Shown: positions 8,824 through 19,484, counted from the stretch's first letter. The stretch: DNA of 64,000 nt from Flavobacteriaceae bacterium (GCA_049623905.1 JBMZTS010000001.1:8068-72067); one strand, 5' to 3'. The notes: a model not told the origin generated them from the sequence alone. Program-made: numbers and translations.

Positions 8824-10665
8824 ATGAAAACAATGCCCTATGGTGTCGTTGTAGCTGTGCTATGCTGCACAATCCTCAACGCAAAAAACAATCAACTCGT
8901 CGATACCCTATCGACGTCAATCAACTATTTGAACGAAATCGTTCTTTCAGACACACGCTTACCAGTGAAACGATCGCAATCTGGAAAAACAGTAATTCAA
9001 ATTAACCGCAAGCAAATTGAGTCTTTTCGCGGTCGAAACCTAAGTGAACTTTTGGCCAGTTATGGCGGAATGAACATTATTGGAAGTCGCTCTAGAACGG
9101 GTCATAATTTACGTACAGCCATACGTGGAAGCAGCAACAATCAAGTTTTAATTATGGTAGATGGTGTCCGTGTTTCAGACCCATCTCGTATCGGAAGTGA
9201 TTTTGATTTGAACTTTTTGAATTTAGAAGAAGTAGAATCGATTGAGATTCTAAAAGGGGCTGCAAGTACACTTTATGGAAGCGCAGCCACTGCAGGAGTC
9301 ATTCAAATCACTACGCGGGCCAACACCCAAAAAAATGAACTCAATGTAGGACTGGCCACGGGTACCGAACAAGCGGCAAATCAAAAACTCAACAGCTTGA
9401 GTTATTTCTCCAATCATCTGAATTATAGCGGTATAAGTAATCGGTTTAACTATAAGTTGGGGTATTCTGTTTTATCAATTGATGGTATGAGCGCTGCCAG
9501 AAATGGGATAGAAACCGATCCTTTTTTTCGCTACAACATCAATGCAAAACTAGGCTATAAAGACGAAAAGTTTGATGTTCAACTACTGGCCAACAAGGCA
9601 CAAATTAAAAGTGATTATGACAATGGGTTTCCAATTGAAGATGCCGATTTTCAATTCTTTAGTTTCCTTGAATCTCTTACGCTAAAATCAACCTATCAGT
9701 ATGACAAAGGTAGCGTTGATCTTCAAGCTGGTCAGCAAACGACTCAACGTGAATACCGCAGTAATTTTCCGTCTGAAAGTGAGGCGGTCAATAGAACTGT
9801 AGAGCTTGTCCACAAGTGGAACCTCTCGGAATCTTTGTATTCGGTTCAAGGATTGTTCTTTCAGGAAGAACAGTACGATGATTTTTCGGTGATCAATCAA
9901 AAAGATCTATTTGCCAATATGGTCTATCTTTCCAATGGATTCAATACAAATATAGGCGTCCGTATCAATGATCATCAAACCTATGGCAGTCATTTCACGT
10001 ATACGGTAAACCCCTCGTACTCCCTATCGTTGAGTGAGTTATCTAAAATAAAGTTTTTTGGGAGTATCAATTCAGCCTTTAAGGCGCCCACTTTATTCCA
10101 GCTCTATGCCCCAGTGTATGGCAACGCAAGCCTGAACCCTGAAGAAAGTCAGTCGCTAGAATTGGGAACCGAATGGGCAGATGGAAAGGCAAATGCTTCG
10201 CTAGTTGTTTTTCAGCGAGATGAGGATAGCAAAGTTGTATACGATTCCTCTACGTCAACCTATGCAAATTCTCCAGATGGGATTGTTTTCCGAGGAGTAG
10301 AATTTCACTATAGTAATCGCCTTAGTGAGGCACTGAATGTGCGCCTAAATTATACGTTTACAGAATTGAAGTCGGGAACAATCATGCGAATACCCAAGCA
10401 TAGTGCAAATCTACAATTGGGATACACCGTCAATCCAACCAGTTCACTTGCAGCCGTAGTTAACTATCGAGGCGATCGACAGGCAATAGACACTAGCCTA
10501 CTTAAATCCTATAGTTTATTGGACCTCAGTTACACCAAACGAATCGGTCAATCGCTAAATATATTTGTATGGGTGAACAATCTGTTGGACACAGATTATG
10601 AGGAAATACTAAATTACTCTACTCTTGGCCGTAACTTTCGTGTCGGTTTAAATGTCAATTTTTAA
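8824..10665 (+). CDS. btuB: TonB-dependent vitamin B12 receptor
   Basis: Plug motifs (IRG...VLIMVDG; IEILKGAASTLYGS), terminal Phe, upstream riboswitch. Confidence 0.85.
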   Translation: MKTMPYGVVVAVLCCTILNAKNNQLVDTLSTSINYLNEIVLSDTRLPVKRSQSGKTVIQINRKQIESFRGRNLSELLASYGGMNIIGSRSRTGHNLRTAIRGSSNNQVLIMVDGVRVSDPSRIGSDFDLNFLNLEEVESIEILKGAASTLYGSAATAGVIQITTRANTQKNELNVGLATGTEQAANQKLNSLSYFSNHLNYSGISNRFNYKLGYSVLSIDGMSAARNGIETDPFFRYNINAKLGYKDEKFDVQLLANKAQIKSDYDNGFPIEDADFQFFSFLESLTLKSTYQYDKGSVDLQAGQQTTQREYRSNFPSESEAVNRTVELVHKWNLSESLYSVQGLFFQEEQYDDFSVINQKDLFANMVYLSNGFNTNIGVRINDHQTYGSHFTYTVNPSYSLSLSELSKIKFFGSINSAFKAPTLFQLYAPVYGNASLNPEESQSLELGTEWADGKANASLVVFQRDEDSKVVYDSSTSTYANSPDGIVFRGVEFHYSNRLSEALNVRLNYTFTELKSGTIMRIPKHSANLQLGYTVNPTSSLAAVVNYRGDRQAIDTSLLKSYSLLDLSYTKRIGQSLNIFVWVNNLLDTDYEEILNYSTLGRNFRVGLNVNF

Positions 10666-10768
10666 ATTAAATACATAGCCACTAATGACTTGGTTTCTTT
10701 CTGCTTTCCCCTTAACACATATATAGGGTGAATGGGAATGTGACCAAGTCATGGTTTTTATTTAAACG

Positions 10769-11506
10769 ATGAATAAACCTTTAAAAATGTATTTCAATTG
10801 GAGTTCTGGTAAAGATGCTTCATTGGCATTATATCACCTCCAAAACGAAGGAAAATATCAAATTGATCACCTCCTTACATCCATCAATTCACATTACGAT
10901 CGTGTATCCATGCATGGGTTAAGGCGCGAATTGCTAGAAGCTCAAGCGGACGCCATAGATTTGCGTTTAACCACCATAGAACTTCCAAAGGAACCCACGA
11001 TGGACCAATACAATCAGTTGATGCGCAAGGCAGTTAACCAATTCAAAACAGACGGTTATACCAGCTGTGGGTTTGGGGATATCTTTCTAGAAGATCTTCG
11101 AAAATACAGAGAAGAACAACTCAAGCCACTTGGTATATCCGCTCATTTTCCGCTGTGGAAAAAAGACACCAAACAATTGATTTCAGAATTTATATCCCTT
11201 GGTTTTAAAGCGATTGTTGTTTGTGTAAAGGCAGAGTTGCTCGATGAAACCTTTGTTGGAAGAGATATTGATGTCGATTTCATTGATGATTTGCCTCCCA
11301 ATGTTGATCCGTGTGGAGAAAATGGGGAATTTCACACCTTTTGTTATGAAGGCCCCATATTTAAAACCCCTATACAGTTCACAATTGGTGAAAAGGTATA
11401 TAAAGAATATAAAGCCCCAAAGGGAGATCACGCTGATCAGGACAAAAAAACAATGGGATTTTGGTTTTGTGACCTACTGCTTGCAAAGGGTGAGGGCAGT
11501 CGTTAG
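10769..11506 (+). CDS. DUF71/Dph6-like PP-loop ATP pyrophosphatase
   Basis: WSSGKDA, FGDIFLED and DPCGENGEFHTF motifs. Confidence 0.9.
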   Translation: MNKPLKMYFNWSSGKDASLALYHLQNEGKYQIDHLLTSINSHYDRVSMHGLRRELLEAQADAIDLRLTTIELPKEPTMDQYNQLMRKAVNQFKTDGYTSCGFGDIFLEDLRKYREEQLKPLGISAHFPLWKKDTKQLISEFISLGFKAIVVCVKAELLDETFVGRDIDVDFIDDLPPNVDPCGENGEFHTFCYEGPIFKTPIQFTIGEKVYKEYKAPKGDHADQDKKTMGFWFCDLLLAKGEGSR

Positions 11507-13104
11507 TTCTTTTTTGTCAATTTACGTTTGTTGAGAATTTTCTTAATTTTCATATTTGGACGATCATAAATCATCTGTTGAAGGCTTTCTTCTTCGGGCA
11601 AAATAATAGATGGAATCGCATAATCTTTACCAGTGGTGTGGTCCCCCTTAAGACTTCCAGTCATGTGTGATAAGGCGATGGACAACATTGGTTCATCGGG
11701 ATCGCCCAATATGCCATAATTGCCAAAATCCTCCAACTTTTCAATAGTGGGGGGGATGCCATCAACATATTCAGCTTCATCATTTACGTTGGCGACTTTT
11801 ATAACGATGGGCTGCATGGCATAAAAGTGACGTGGGTTGATGGTATCTTGCGTAGATCCCTTATCGAGGTAGTCCTTGAGTGTGATTGAACCAACATTTT
11901 TGCCATAGGTTGCTTCACCAATCACAACGACTTCACTTATGTAGGGGTCTAATCCGTTGATAACCATCTCGCTTGCTGAGGCTGTTCGTCTTGAGGTTAA
12001 AACATATAAGCGGCTGATATTTAAGCCATTAAATGTACTTCCATCGGGGGCAATATTGGTGAAATAATCATTAAAATCTAAATCATTTGTGGAATCGTTA
12101 TCATTATTGACACGGTCTATATAGGCGTTTAATTTATTATTCCACAGTTGTTTGATAAATACTTCTCCTGTAAACTGACCAGTTAACAGACTGGCAAGAT
12201 ACACACCGTTGAGGACAGAGCCACCACCATTGTAACGTAAATCAAGAACCATTTCATCAATATTTTCAGCTTCAATTTCTGCAAAAGTATCGACCATTTC
12301 TTGGTTAAAATTCCGATCTACTTGCCCATCATTGTCACTATCAACACTGCTCAAAAATCTGTTGAGCATCAGATAGCCAACCTTAAGGCCATTGTGTTCG
12401 ATGATCGTGTTTTTATGTATGGGAACTTCTTGGAAATTTTCTTCTTTTACAAGCGTAATTTCAATATTTCGCGGGGTGAACGTATTGTTTTCCGAGTCGA
12501 AATTGACTAGACTAATCGAGTATTCATTTCCAATAGCATCTAAGAGAACGGAATAATTGTCTCTAGTCATTTCTACCCCGTTGATGCTGTTGAATAGATC
12601 TCCACGGATAAGCCCTTTTTCCGCAGCGTTAGAATTTGGAAGCACATATCTAACTGCTCCAATAATCTTATTCGTATTGGCGGGAGCATACAAAATAAAC
12701 TTCATCCCATCAGAAGCAGAGATTCCTGACAATTGATTTTCTAATTCTCGGTAATCATCGCTGATCCAGCTGAAACGACGACCCTCGCCAAATCTAATTC
12801 GATCATCCTCATGTAAAAGACCGTCAAAAAACGACTCCGGATTTGGTTTTGAATTTAAAAAATTGATGTAAGATGTGACGTCATCTGTTTTGCTATCGGC
12901 CAAGTCAGGTACGTCCTGCTGCCAATAATACCATGTGTTAAGTCCTTCCCAGATAAAATCGTTAATTTCAGTTTCTAGACTATTAATTTCAGTTTCTGAA
13001 CTACTATCTTCACTAACAACATTGAGTTCGGCATCGTCACGATCTTCAGTATTACAATTCACGAAAAGTGTACAAAACCAAAAAATATAAAGTGTCTTCT
13101 TCAT
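11503..13104 (-). CDS. S41 family peptidase lipoprotein
   Basis: Lipobox Cys, PDZ-like region, DLRYNGGG, TASASE, TYGK. Confidence 0.9.
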   Translation of the reverse strand: MKKTLYIFWFCTLFVNCNTEDRDDAELNVVSEDSSSETEINSLETEINDFIWEGLNTWYYWQQDVPDLADSKTDDVTSYINFLNSKPNPESFFDGLLHEDDRIRFGEGRRFSWISDDYRELENQLSGISASDGMKFILYAPANTNKIIGAVRYVLPNSNAAEKGLIRGDLFNSINGVEMTRDNYSVLLDAIGNEYSISLVNFDSENNTFTPRNIEITLVKEENFQEVPIHKNTIIEHNGLKVGYLMLNRFLSSVDSDNDGQVDRNFNQEMVDTFAEIEAENIDEMVLDLRYNGGGSVLNGVYLASLLTGQFTGEVFIKQLWNNKLNAYIDRVNNDNDSTNDLDFNDYFTNIAPDGSTFNGLNISRLYVLTSRRTASASEMVINGLDPYISEVVVIGEATYGKNVGSITLKDYLDKGSTQDTINPRHFYAMQPIVIKVANVNDEAEYVDGIPPTIEKLEDFGNYGILGDPDEPMLSIALSHMTGSLKGDHTTGKDYAIPSIILPEEESLQQMIYDRPNMKIKKILNKRKLTKKN

Positions 13105-13207
13105 TTGTTATTTGTATCTGTATATGATGCAATGTAATTGAAGATTTTTAATTTTTATATGATTTTAAGTTAAAAATCTATTTAATTTTAACAGAGATAT
13201 AGGTCTG

Positions 13208-13768
13208 ATGAAAAAATTAATTCTTCTCTTTCTAGTCATGAGTTGTTGTTTAAATAGCCATGCACAAACCGTTTTCGATCAATATGCTGGAAATCCGGAT
13301 GTGAGCCATCTGAACATCAGTCCGCAAATGTTTAAAATACTCAGTCAATTCAAGCTCAATACTTCCGATCCCGAATCGCAAGAGTTTATTGAGATGATTC
13401 AAAGTTTAACCCAGTTTAGGGTGATGAGTACACAAAACAGTACTATCGTAAAAAGCATGGATCTCTGGGTGCAAAAAGAATTGACAGAATCACCTTTGAC
13501 CTCAATATTAAACATTACTGAAAAGGGCGTCAATGTTCAGTTTGGAGCTGTTTTTGGAGAGAATGATAACGTGAAGCGCTTGGTCATGTTAGTCAAAGGA
13601 TTGCAAGACTTTATAGATCAACAAGAAAATATAGAACTCAATACGACAACGCCTTTAGACTATGTTTTACTTGAAATTAAAGGCGACATCAAGCTCAATC
13701 AAGTGAGTGCTTTAACCCGACTTGTCGATATTCCAGGAGGAAACTATCTAGAGGCGTTGGAGGACTAA
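13208..13768 (+). CDS. DUF4252-like secreted protein
   Basis: Signal peptide, ISPQMFKIL and GDIKLNQVS patterns. Confidence 0.75.
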   Translation: MKKLILLFLVMSCCLNSHAQTVFDQYAGNPDVSHLNISPQMFKILSQFKLNTSDPESQEFIEMIQSLTQFRVMSTQNSTIVKSMDLWVQKELTESPLTSILNITEKGVNVQFGAVFGENDNVKRLVMLVKGLQDFIDQQENIELNTTTPLDYVLLEIKGDIKLNQVSALTRLVDIPGGNYLEALED

Positions 13769-15108
13769 ATTCCTGTATAGTTGAAGGGGGTGATGGTTTT
13801 TAACTCCGCTTTGATCTTACTATCAATCTCTAATTGATCGATAAACCGATGAATTGATTCTTGATTGATAGCTTCATTGGTTCGGGTTAACCCTTTAAGC
13901 GCTTCATAAGGATTGGGAAAACCTTCGCGTCTTAAAATCGTTTGTATGGCTTCGGCCACTACGGCCCAATTGCCTTCTAGATCATGCCTAATTTTATCTT
14001 CATTCAACAAGAGTTTTGAAAGCCCTCTCAAGGTCGATTGAAAACCAATCAAAGAATGCCCGAAAGGAACGCCAATATTGCGCAACACCGTACTGTCGGT
14101 CAAATCGCGTTGCAATCTTGAAACAGGAAGTTTTTGGCTTAAATATGTAAAAAGCGCGTTAGCGATTCCTAGATTTCCTTCTGAATTTTCAAAATCTATC
14201 GGATTAACTTTATGTGGCATAGCTGAGGACCCCACTTCACCTTCCTTGATTTTTTGTTTGAAATAATCCATTGAAATATAGGTCCACAAATCGCGATTGA
14301 GATCAATGACAATGGTATTGATTCGTTTTAAGGCATCACATAGTGCTGCAAAATAGTCGTAGTGCTCAATTTGAGTGGTAGGGAAAGAGTGATGTAACCC
14401 CAAACGATTTTCTACAAATGACGTTCCAAAGTCCCTCCAATCAATCTTTGGGTAGGCGACCACGTGCGCATTAAAATTACCTGTTGCCCCACCAAATTTT
14501 GCGGCATGAGGAATGGTCAATAATCTTTTCTTCTGATGTTCTAGTCGATTAACAAACACCATCAATTCTTTGCCCAATCGTGTAGGTGAAGCAGGTTGTC
14601 CGTGTGTCCGTGCCAACATTGGAATGTCCTTGTAGGATTCGGCTAAATTGTTGATTTGCATAAGCAAATCTTCTAGGCTAGGAAGGTACACTTTCTCTAC
14701 CGCTTCTTTAATAGAAAGAGGAATAGAAGTGTTATTGATGTCTTGGGAGGTCAATCCGAAATGTATAAATTCTTTAAAATGTTGAATTTCTAAGCGATCG
14801 AATTCTTTTTTGATGAAATATTCAACGGCTTTGACATCGTGATTGGTTGTTTTTTCAATTTCTTTAATTTCAATAGCATCTTCTGCAGTAAAATGACGAT
14901 AAATGCTGCGTAAATCTTCAAAAAGTGAAGGATTGAAGTTTTCTAATTGTGGAAGTGGAAGCTCACAAAGCGCAATAAAATATTCAATTTCGACCCGAAC
15001 GCGATATTGGATCAATGCTTCTTCCGAAAAATAAGAGGTCAGTGCTTTTGTCTTGCTTCGATAGCGACCGTCGATAGGTGAAATTGCGTTTAATGCAGTG
15101 AGTTTCAT
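13765..15108 (-). CDS. purB: Adenylosuccinate lyase
   Basis: SPIDGRY, RTHGQPA, GSSAMPHKVNPIDFEN. Confidence 0.97.
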   Translation of the reverse strand: MKLTALNAISPIDGRYRSKTKALTSYFSEEALIQYRVRVEIEYFIALCELPLPQLENFNPSLFEDLRSIYRHFTAEDAIEIKEIEKTTNHDVKAVEYFIKKEFDRLEIQHFKEFIHFGLTSQDINNTSIPLSIKEAVEKVYLPSLEDLLMQINNLAESYKDIPMLARTHGQPASPTRLGKELMVFVNRLEHQKKRLLTIPHAAKFGGATGNFNAHVVAYPKIDWRDFGTSFVENRLGLHHSFPTTQIEHYDYFAALCDALKRINTIVIDLNRDLWTYISMDYFKQKIKEGEVGSSAMPHKVNPIDFENSEGNLGIANALFTYLSQKLPVSRLQRDLTDSTVLRNIGVPFGHSLIGFQSTLRGLSKLLLNEDKIRHDLEGNWAVVAEAIQTILRREGFPNPYEALKGLTRTNEAINQESIHRFIDQLEIDSKIKAELKTITPFNYTGI

Positions 15109-15149
15109 TGGCTAAAATAAAGCACAAAGATAAGGCTTCTGTAGGAATC

Positions 15150-15689
15150 CTAGACATCAATTTTTGAAATTTGGCGGACAACAGATTTAAATCCATTGCT
15201 GGCGTTTGGTAGTCGAATTTCGATATAAGCATTTAACTCTTCATCTATCCACTTGCGGTGAGAACGAAAAAAATGGAGGGTTTTCATGGCAAAGGCGATG
15301 GCAGCGACTTTTTTTGCCGAAAGCATATAGTCAAAACACAGCTGCACAATAGCGTCGATATGTGTTGAAGACAATTTTTCCCGATATTCTTTTTTTCGTG
15401 TGTAGTGGTAGAGTAGTTTAATCATGGGGCGTCGCTTGCTTTCGTGTGTTTGTACACTAACTCCATTGATAAACTCTGCCAATACAGAATGGAGAATCGC
15501 CAAGCGGGGGAGAGTGTATTTTTCAAATATCCAAGCCGCAACAATGTGTTGACGGTCAGCTTGTGTATTGCAGGCTAGCGCAAGGAGCTCATTAAAAAAA
15601 CGAGGGTTTTTATTGATAAATGCCGCCCCTTTATCGCGATCGGCAGCCGAACCGAAATGTTGCAATAGGCGTTTTTCTAAGCCTTCCAT
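15150..15689 (-). CDS. Hypothetical helical-repeat protein upstream of purB
   Basis: 179-aa ORF in operon position with a helical pattern. Confidence 0.6.
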   Translation of the reverse strand: MEGLEKRLLQHFGSAADRDKGAAFINKNPRFFNELLALACNTQADRQHIVAAWIFEKYTLPRLAILHSVLAEFINGVSVQTHESKRRPMIKLLYHYTRKKEYREKLSSTHIDAIVQLCFDYMLSAKKVAAIAFAMKTLHFFRSHRKWIDEELNAYIEIRLPNASNGFKSVVRQISKIDV

Positions 15690-15692
15690 GAA

Positions 15693-16460
15693 TTACAACT
15701 TGAGAATCTTGTATTCCTCGTAGCAACCGCTAATGGCTTCTAGAATTTGAAGATCATTGGCTTCTTTGATAAAGGTGTTGGAGTAATTGCAATTGCGTAA
15801 AATCTCTTCTAAGTTGTAGCGTTCAATCCCTAAAAGTTGAACTAAGACTTCACGATCAAATTTGGTACCCAGCAAGGTTTTAATGGCATCGTCATCTCTC
15901 ATTTTCTTTAGCTTGCGCATTTGTTTTGGATTCTTTCCAAATAGGTTGTAAAGAAAATCTGCAGGATTGAAAAGCGCTCCAATGGCTTTAGAGATCGAAG
16001 AGCGATTGCGATTTCCAGCTTCGTAACCCGATTGTGGCAGCCCGGGTATATTGTATCGTCCGGCTGGATTTAGAGGGACCTTTTTAACGTCAATATCTAA
16101 GTATCCGGTTAATTGATAGGGGCGGACAATAACTTCTTCTAAGGCGTATGACAATTGTGTGAGACGAAAAATGGGGACACCAAATTTTATCATATCATTG
16201 CTAACAGGCACTTTTAACGGCTTAAACCCAAGATATGAAAAGTAAAGAGTGTCTTGTGCTTGAACAGCAATTTCAAATTCTCCTTTGGTGTTTGTAATTA
16301 CACCTTCAACCGAATTGAGATTCAGTACGTGCACACTGCTCATGTATTCATCAGAACTATCATTTTTAACCTTCCCTTTGAGGAGCACACTTTTTTGCTG
16401 TCCTAAAAGAGCGGTTGTAAAGAAGATTAACAATATGGTTGAAAACGAAGTAACACGCAT
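15693..16460 (-). CDS. Secreted protein with carboxypeptidase-regulatory-like domain
   Basis: Signal peptide; G-TN-KGEFEI...DTLYFSYLGF...LEEVIV. Confidence 0.8.
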   Translation of the reverse strand: MRVTSFSTILLIFFTTALLGQQKSVLLKGKVKNDSSDEYMSSVHVLNLNSVEGVITNTKGEFEIAVQAQDTLYFSYLGFKPLKVPVSNDMIKFGVPIFRLTQLSYALEEVIVRPYQLTGYLDIDVKKVPLNPAGRYNIPGLPQSGYEAGNRNRSSISKAIGALFNPADFLYNLFGKNPKQMRKLKKMRDDDAIKTLLGTKFDREVLVQLLGIERYNLEEILRNCNYSNTFIKEANDLQILEAISGCYEEYKILKL

Positions 16461-16520
16461 TGGTGTAAAAATAACAAGAAAAAATAGAGTCTCGGTACTG
16501 CGAGGGGAATAAACATTTTT

Positions 16521-18302
16521 TTAACGTCTATTTCGCCGTCCAAAACCAGAGGGTTTTTTTCCTGTGCTATGCTTCTTCTTCTTTTTCTTTTTAAAGTCAG
16601 TATCCGAATCGTTTTGAAAGAACTTTTTGCGATCTGAACGGCGTTCCCCAGAGAATTTTTTCCGTTTACCACGACCACCTTCGCCACCTCTTGGTGCTTT
16701 TTCAGAAACTTCTACATTGATATATCGTCCGTCTAATTGAAAATCTGTAAAGGTTTCCAAAACCTTTTCACGGTGCTGGTTGGGTGTATTGAAAAAAGCA
16801 AAACTATCCATCACATCAACATGAAAAATATCATCTTGATCTAGTGATAGTGTGGCCTTTAAAAAATCTTTTAAATGCATCCAATTATAGTCATCTCGTT
16901 CACCAATATTGATGAAGAAACGCGTGCTGTCTTTTTTGTTGTGTTTTACTTTTTCTCGTCCATCGCCTTTATTGCCAGGCGCAGAATTTAGATCTTTAGC
17001 TCCTTTGTAGTAATTGTGAAAACGAGCAAATTCAACCGAGACAAGTCGTTGGATTAGCTCTTCCTTGCTGAGGTCGGCTAAGACTTCTTCAACCTTTGGT
17101 AAATAATCGTTGATTTCATCGTTGACCTGAGTTTTATGTATTTTTTGTGCGAGTGAGTAAAGCTGCGTCTCACAAATTTCTATCCCCGTAGGAATTTTTT
17201 TTGCCGTTATTTCAGCTTGAATGATTTTTTCAATTGTTCTTATTTTCCGTGCTTCGCTTTGGGTAACAATAATCATAGAGACTCCTTTATTTCCCGCTCG
17301 ACCAGTTCGACCACTTCTGTGGGTGTAGGTTTCAATCTCGTCAGGCAGTTGATAATTGATTACATGGGTCACGTTGTCCACATCAATGCCTCGCGCAGCA
17401 ACATCAGTGGCTACTAACATTTGAATCTGCTTGTTGCGAAATGATTTCATGACCATATCACGTTGATTTTGACTCAAATCGCCATGCAAGGCTCCGGCAT
17501 TATAGCCGTCTTCAATCAGTTTTTCTGCAACCCTTTGGGTATCGCGTTTGGTTCGACAAAAGATCACCGAAAAGATATCAGGATGTGCATCGGCCAAACG
17601 TTTCAATGCTGGATAGCGATCGCGACCGCTGACTGTATAATATTCGTGGGAAACGTTTTTAGTTCCCGCATTTTTTGAACCCACGGTAACCTCTTCTGGC
17701 TGATACATGAATTTTTTAGCGATGATAGCCACCTCTTTAGGCATGGTTGCCGAAAACAACCATGTGCTTTTATCGTCTGGAGTATGAGAAAGAATGGCAG
17801 TGATGTCTTCATAAAACCCCATATTGAGCATCTCATCGGCTTCGTCGAGAACACAATACTCCACACGAGACAGATCGACTAAACGTCGCCGAATCATGTC
17901 TTGCATGCGTCCGGGAGTAGCGACTAAAATTTGCGCTCCTTTTTTTACATTTCTGGCTTGTTCGGTAATGCTTGCACCCCCATAGATGGCCACAATGTTT
18001 ATCCCTTTTAGATGTTTGGCATAATGCTTTAATTCTTGGGTGATCTGTAAACACAATTCCCGTGTAGGGGAGAGGATCAACCCTTGCGTAATTTTACTTT
18101 TATGATCAATTTTTTGAAGCATAGGAAATCCAAAAGCAGCAGTTTTACCTGTTCCTGTTTGGGCAAGTGAAACCACATCGGTTTCCCTTTCAAGGAGGAG
18201 TGGAATCGTTTTTGCTTGAACTTCTGATGGCGTTTTGAAACCCATGTCTTCAATGGCTTGTAGTAAAGCGTCATTAAGACCTAAATCGTGAAATGTTGTC
18301 AT
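16521..18302 (-). CDS. deaD: DEAD-box RNA helicase (DeaD/CsdA-like)
   Basis: AQTGTGKT, PTREL, DEAD, SAT and HRSGRTGR motifs, DbpA-type RNA-binding domain, basic tail. Confidence 0.9.
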   Translation of the reverse strand: MTTFHDLGLNDALLQAIEDMGFKTPSEVQAKTIPLLLERETDVVSLAQTGTGKTAAFGFPMLQKIDHKSKITQGLILSPTRELCLQITQELKHYAKHLKGINIVAIYGGASITEQARNVKKGAQILVATPGRMQDMIRRRLVDLSRVEYCVLDEADEMLNMGFYEDITAILSHTPDDKSTWLFSATMPKEVAIIAKKFMYQPEEVTVGSKNAGTKNVSHEYYTVSGRDRYPALKRLADAHPDIFSVIFCRTKRDTQRVAEKLIEDGYNAGALHGDLSQNQRDMVMKSFRNKQIQMLVATDVAARGIDVDNVTHVINYQLPDEIETYTHRSGRTGRAGNKGVSMIIVTQSEARKIRTIEKIIQAEITAKKIPTGIEICETQLYSLAQKIHKTQVNDEINDYLPKVEEVLADLSKEELIQRLVSVEFARFHNYYKGAKDLNSAPGNKGDGREKVKHNKKDSTRFFINIGERDDYNWMHLKDFLKATLSLDQDDIFHVDVMDSFAFFNTPNQHREKVLETFTDFQLDGRYINVEVSEKAPRGGEGGRGKRKKFSGERRSDRKKFFQNDSDTDFKKKKKKKHSTGKKPSGFGRRNRR

Positions 18303-18307
18303 TGCGG

Positions 18308-18315
18308 CAAAGGTA
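18308..18315 (-). promoter_or_regulatory. -7 promoter box 5 nt upstream of the deaD ATG
   Basis: TACCTTTG-ccgca-ATG on the minus strand. Confidence 0.55.
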
Positions 18316-18370
18316 CGGTAGATAAATGGATAAACGCCCCAATTTGTGGGTTATCTAACGATTACCCTTG

Positions 18371-18943
18371 TTATTTGGTGAGACTTTCCAAAAACAACTG
18401 CATAGCCCGCGCGCGATGACTAATTCTATTTTTCACCTCTTCTCCCAATTCAGCAAAAGTTTGAGAATAACCCTTGGGGATAAAGATCGGATCGTAGCCA
18501 AAACCTTTTTGACCTCTTTTTTCAGCGATTAGCCGTCCTCGAATTAGCCCTTCGCAGGTCCAGCTTTTGTGGTCGATACAAACCGCAATAACGGTTCTGA
18601 ATTGTGCCGCTCTGTTATTGCTGTTAGCTAGTTGTCTCCAAACTTTTTGAATATTTGCTTCATTGTCCTTTTGTGGCCCAGCATAGCGGGCAGAATAAAC
18701 ACCAGGAGCACCATTTAAACTGTCGATTTCCAATCCAGAATCGTCGGAGAAACAATTTAACCCATAAGTTTGTTTTACATAGAGGGCTTTGATTTTGGCA
18801 TTTTCTTCTAAAGTCTTTCCCGTTTCAGCAATTTCTTGAGTACAACCAATATCGGCTAAACTCAATAATTCAATTTTGGGAGGAAGAAGTTGTCGGACTT
18901 CTTCTAATTTATTGAGGTTATGGGTGGCAAAAACAAGTTGCAT
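18371..18943 (-). CDS. rdgB: Non-canonical purine NTP pyrophosphatase
   Basis: ATHNLNKLEE, DDSGL, GFGYDPIF, SHR. Confidence 0.95.
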   Translation of the reverse strand: MQLVFATHNLNKLEEVRQLLPPKIELLSLADIGCTQEIAETGKTLEENAKIKALYVKQTYGLNCFSDDSGLEIDSLNGAPGVYSARYAGPQKDNEANIQKVWRQLANSNNRAAQFRTVIAVCIDHKSWTCEGLIRGRLIAEKRGQKGFGYDPIFIPKGYSQTFAELGEEVKNRISHRARAMQLFLESLTK

Positions 18944-19416
18944 TAGCGGTGATGATAAGGTTCATTTTTTAAAATAGTGTGTGCGCGATAGAGCTGTTCT
19001 ACAAAAAATAGGCGAACCATCTGATGAGAAAACGTCATTGAAGAAAGACTCATCTTTTGAAACGAAAGCTTGTAGATGTCTGCTGAAAAACCATAGGGCC
19101 CTCCCACGAGAAATACCAGTCGCTTTACCCCAGAAAGGTGCTGTTTATTTAACCATTGAGAAAAGGATATTGATGAAAACTGTTTCCCAGCTTCATCGAG
19201 CAATATCAAACGGTCACTAGGTCTTAATAGCTTTTGTATTTGCTCGCCTTCTTTTTCTTTTTGTTGTTGCTCGCTTAAATGTTTCCGTCGCTTAAGATCC
19301 TCGACAATCTGAATGGTGAATTTACAATAGTGTTTTAATCGTTCTCTGTACTGATCGATTAATTGGTGCATCTCTGACTGATCGGTCTTGCCCACGCAAA
19401 GCAACAAAATCTCCAT
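18943..19416 (-). CDS. rlmH: 23S rRNA m3-pseudouridine1915 methyltransferase
   Basis: GGPYGF, SLSSMTFSHQMVRL, EQLYRA...PYHH. Start taken at MEILL. Confidence 0.95.
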   Translation of the reverse strand: MEILLLCVGKTDQSEMHQLIDQYRERLKHYCKFTIQIVEDLKRRKHLSEQQQKEKEGEQIQKLLRPSDRLILLDEAGKQFSSISFSQWLNKQHLSGVKRLVFLVGGPYGFSADIYKLSFQKMSLSSMTFSHQMVRLFFVEQLYRAHTILKNEPYHHR

Positions 19417-19484
19417 ACTGTAAAAATACAAAGTGAAAGAGGGATATACGTACGAAATGCGTTAATTTTGAGAAAACAATTCAA

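Noticed and set aside
13196-13209. 14-mer GATATAGGTCTGAT also found near 56437
   Set aside because: A few 14-mer matches are expected by chance in 64 kb, and the contexts are unrelated.
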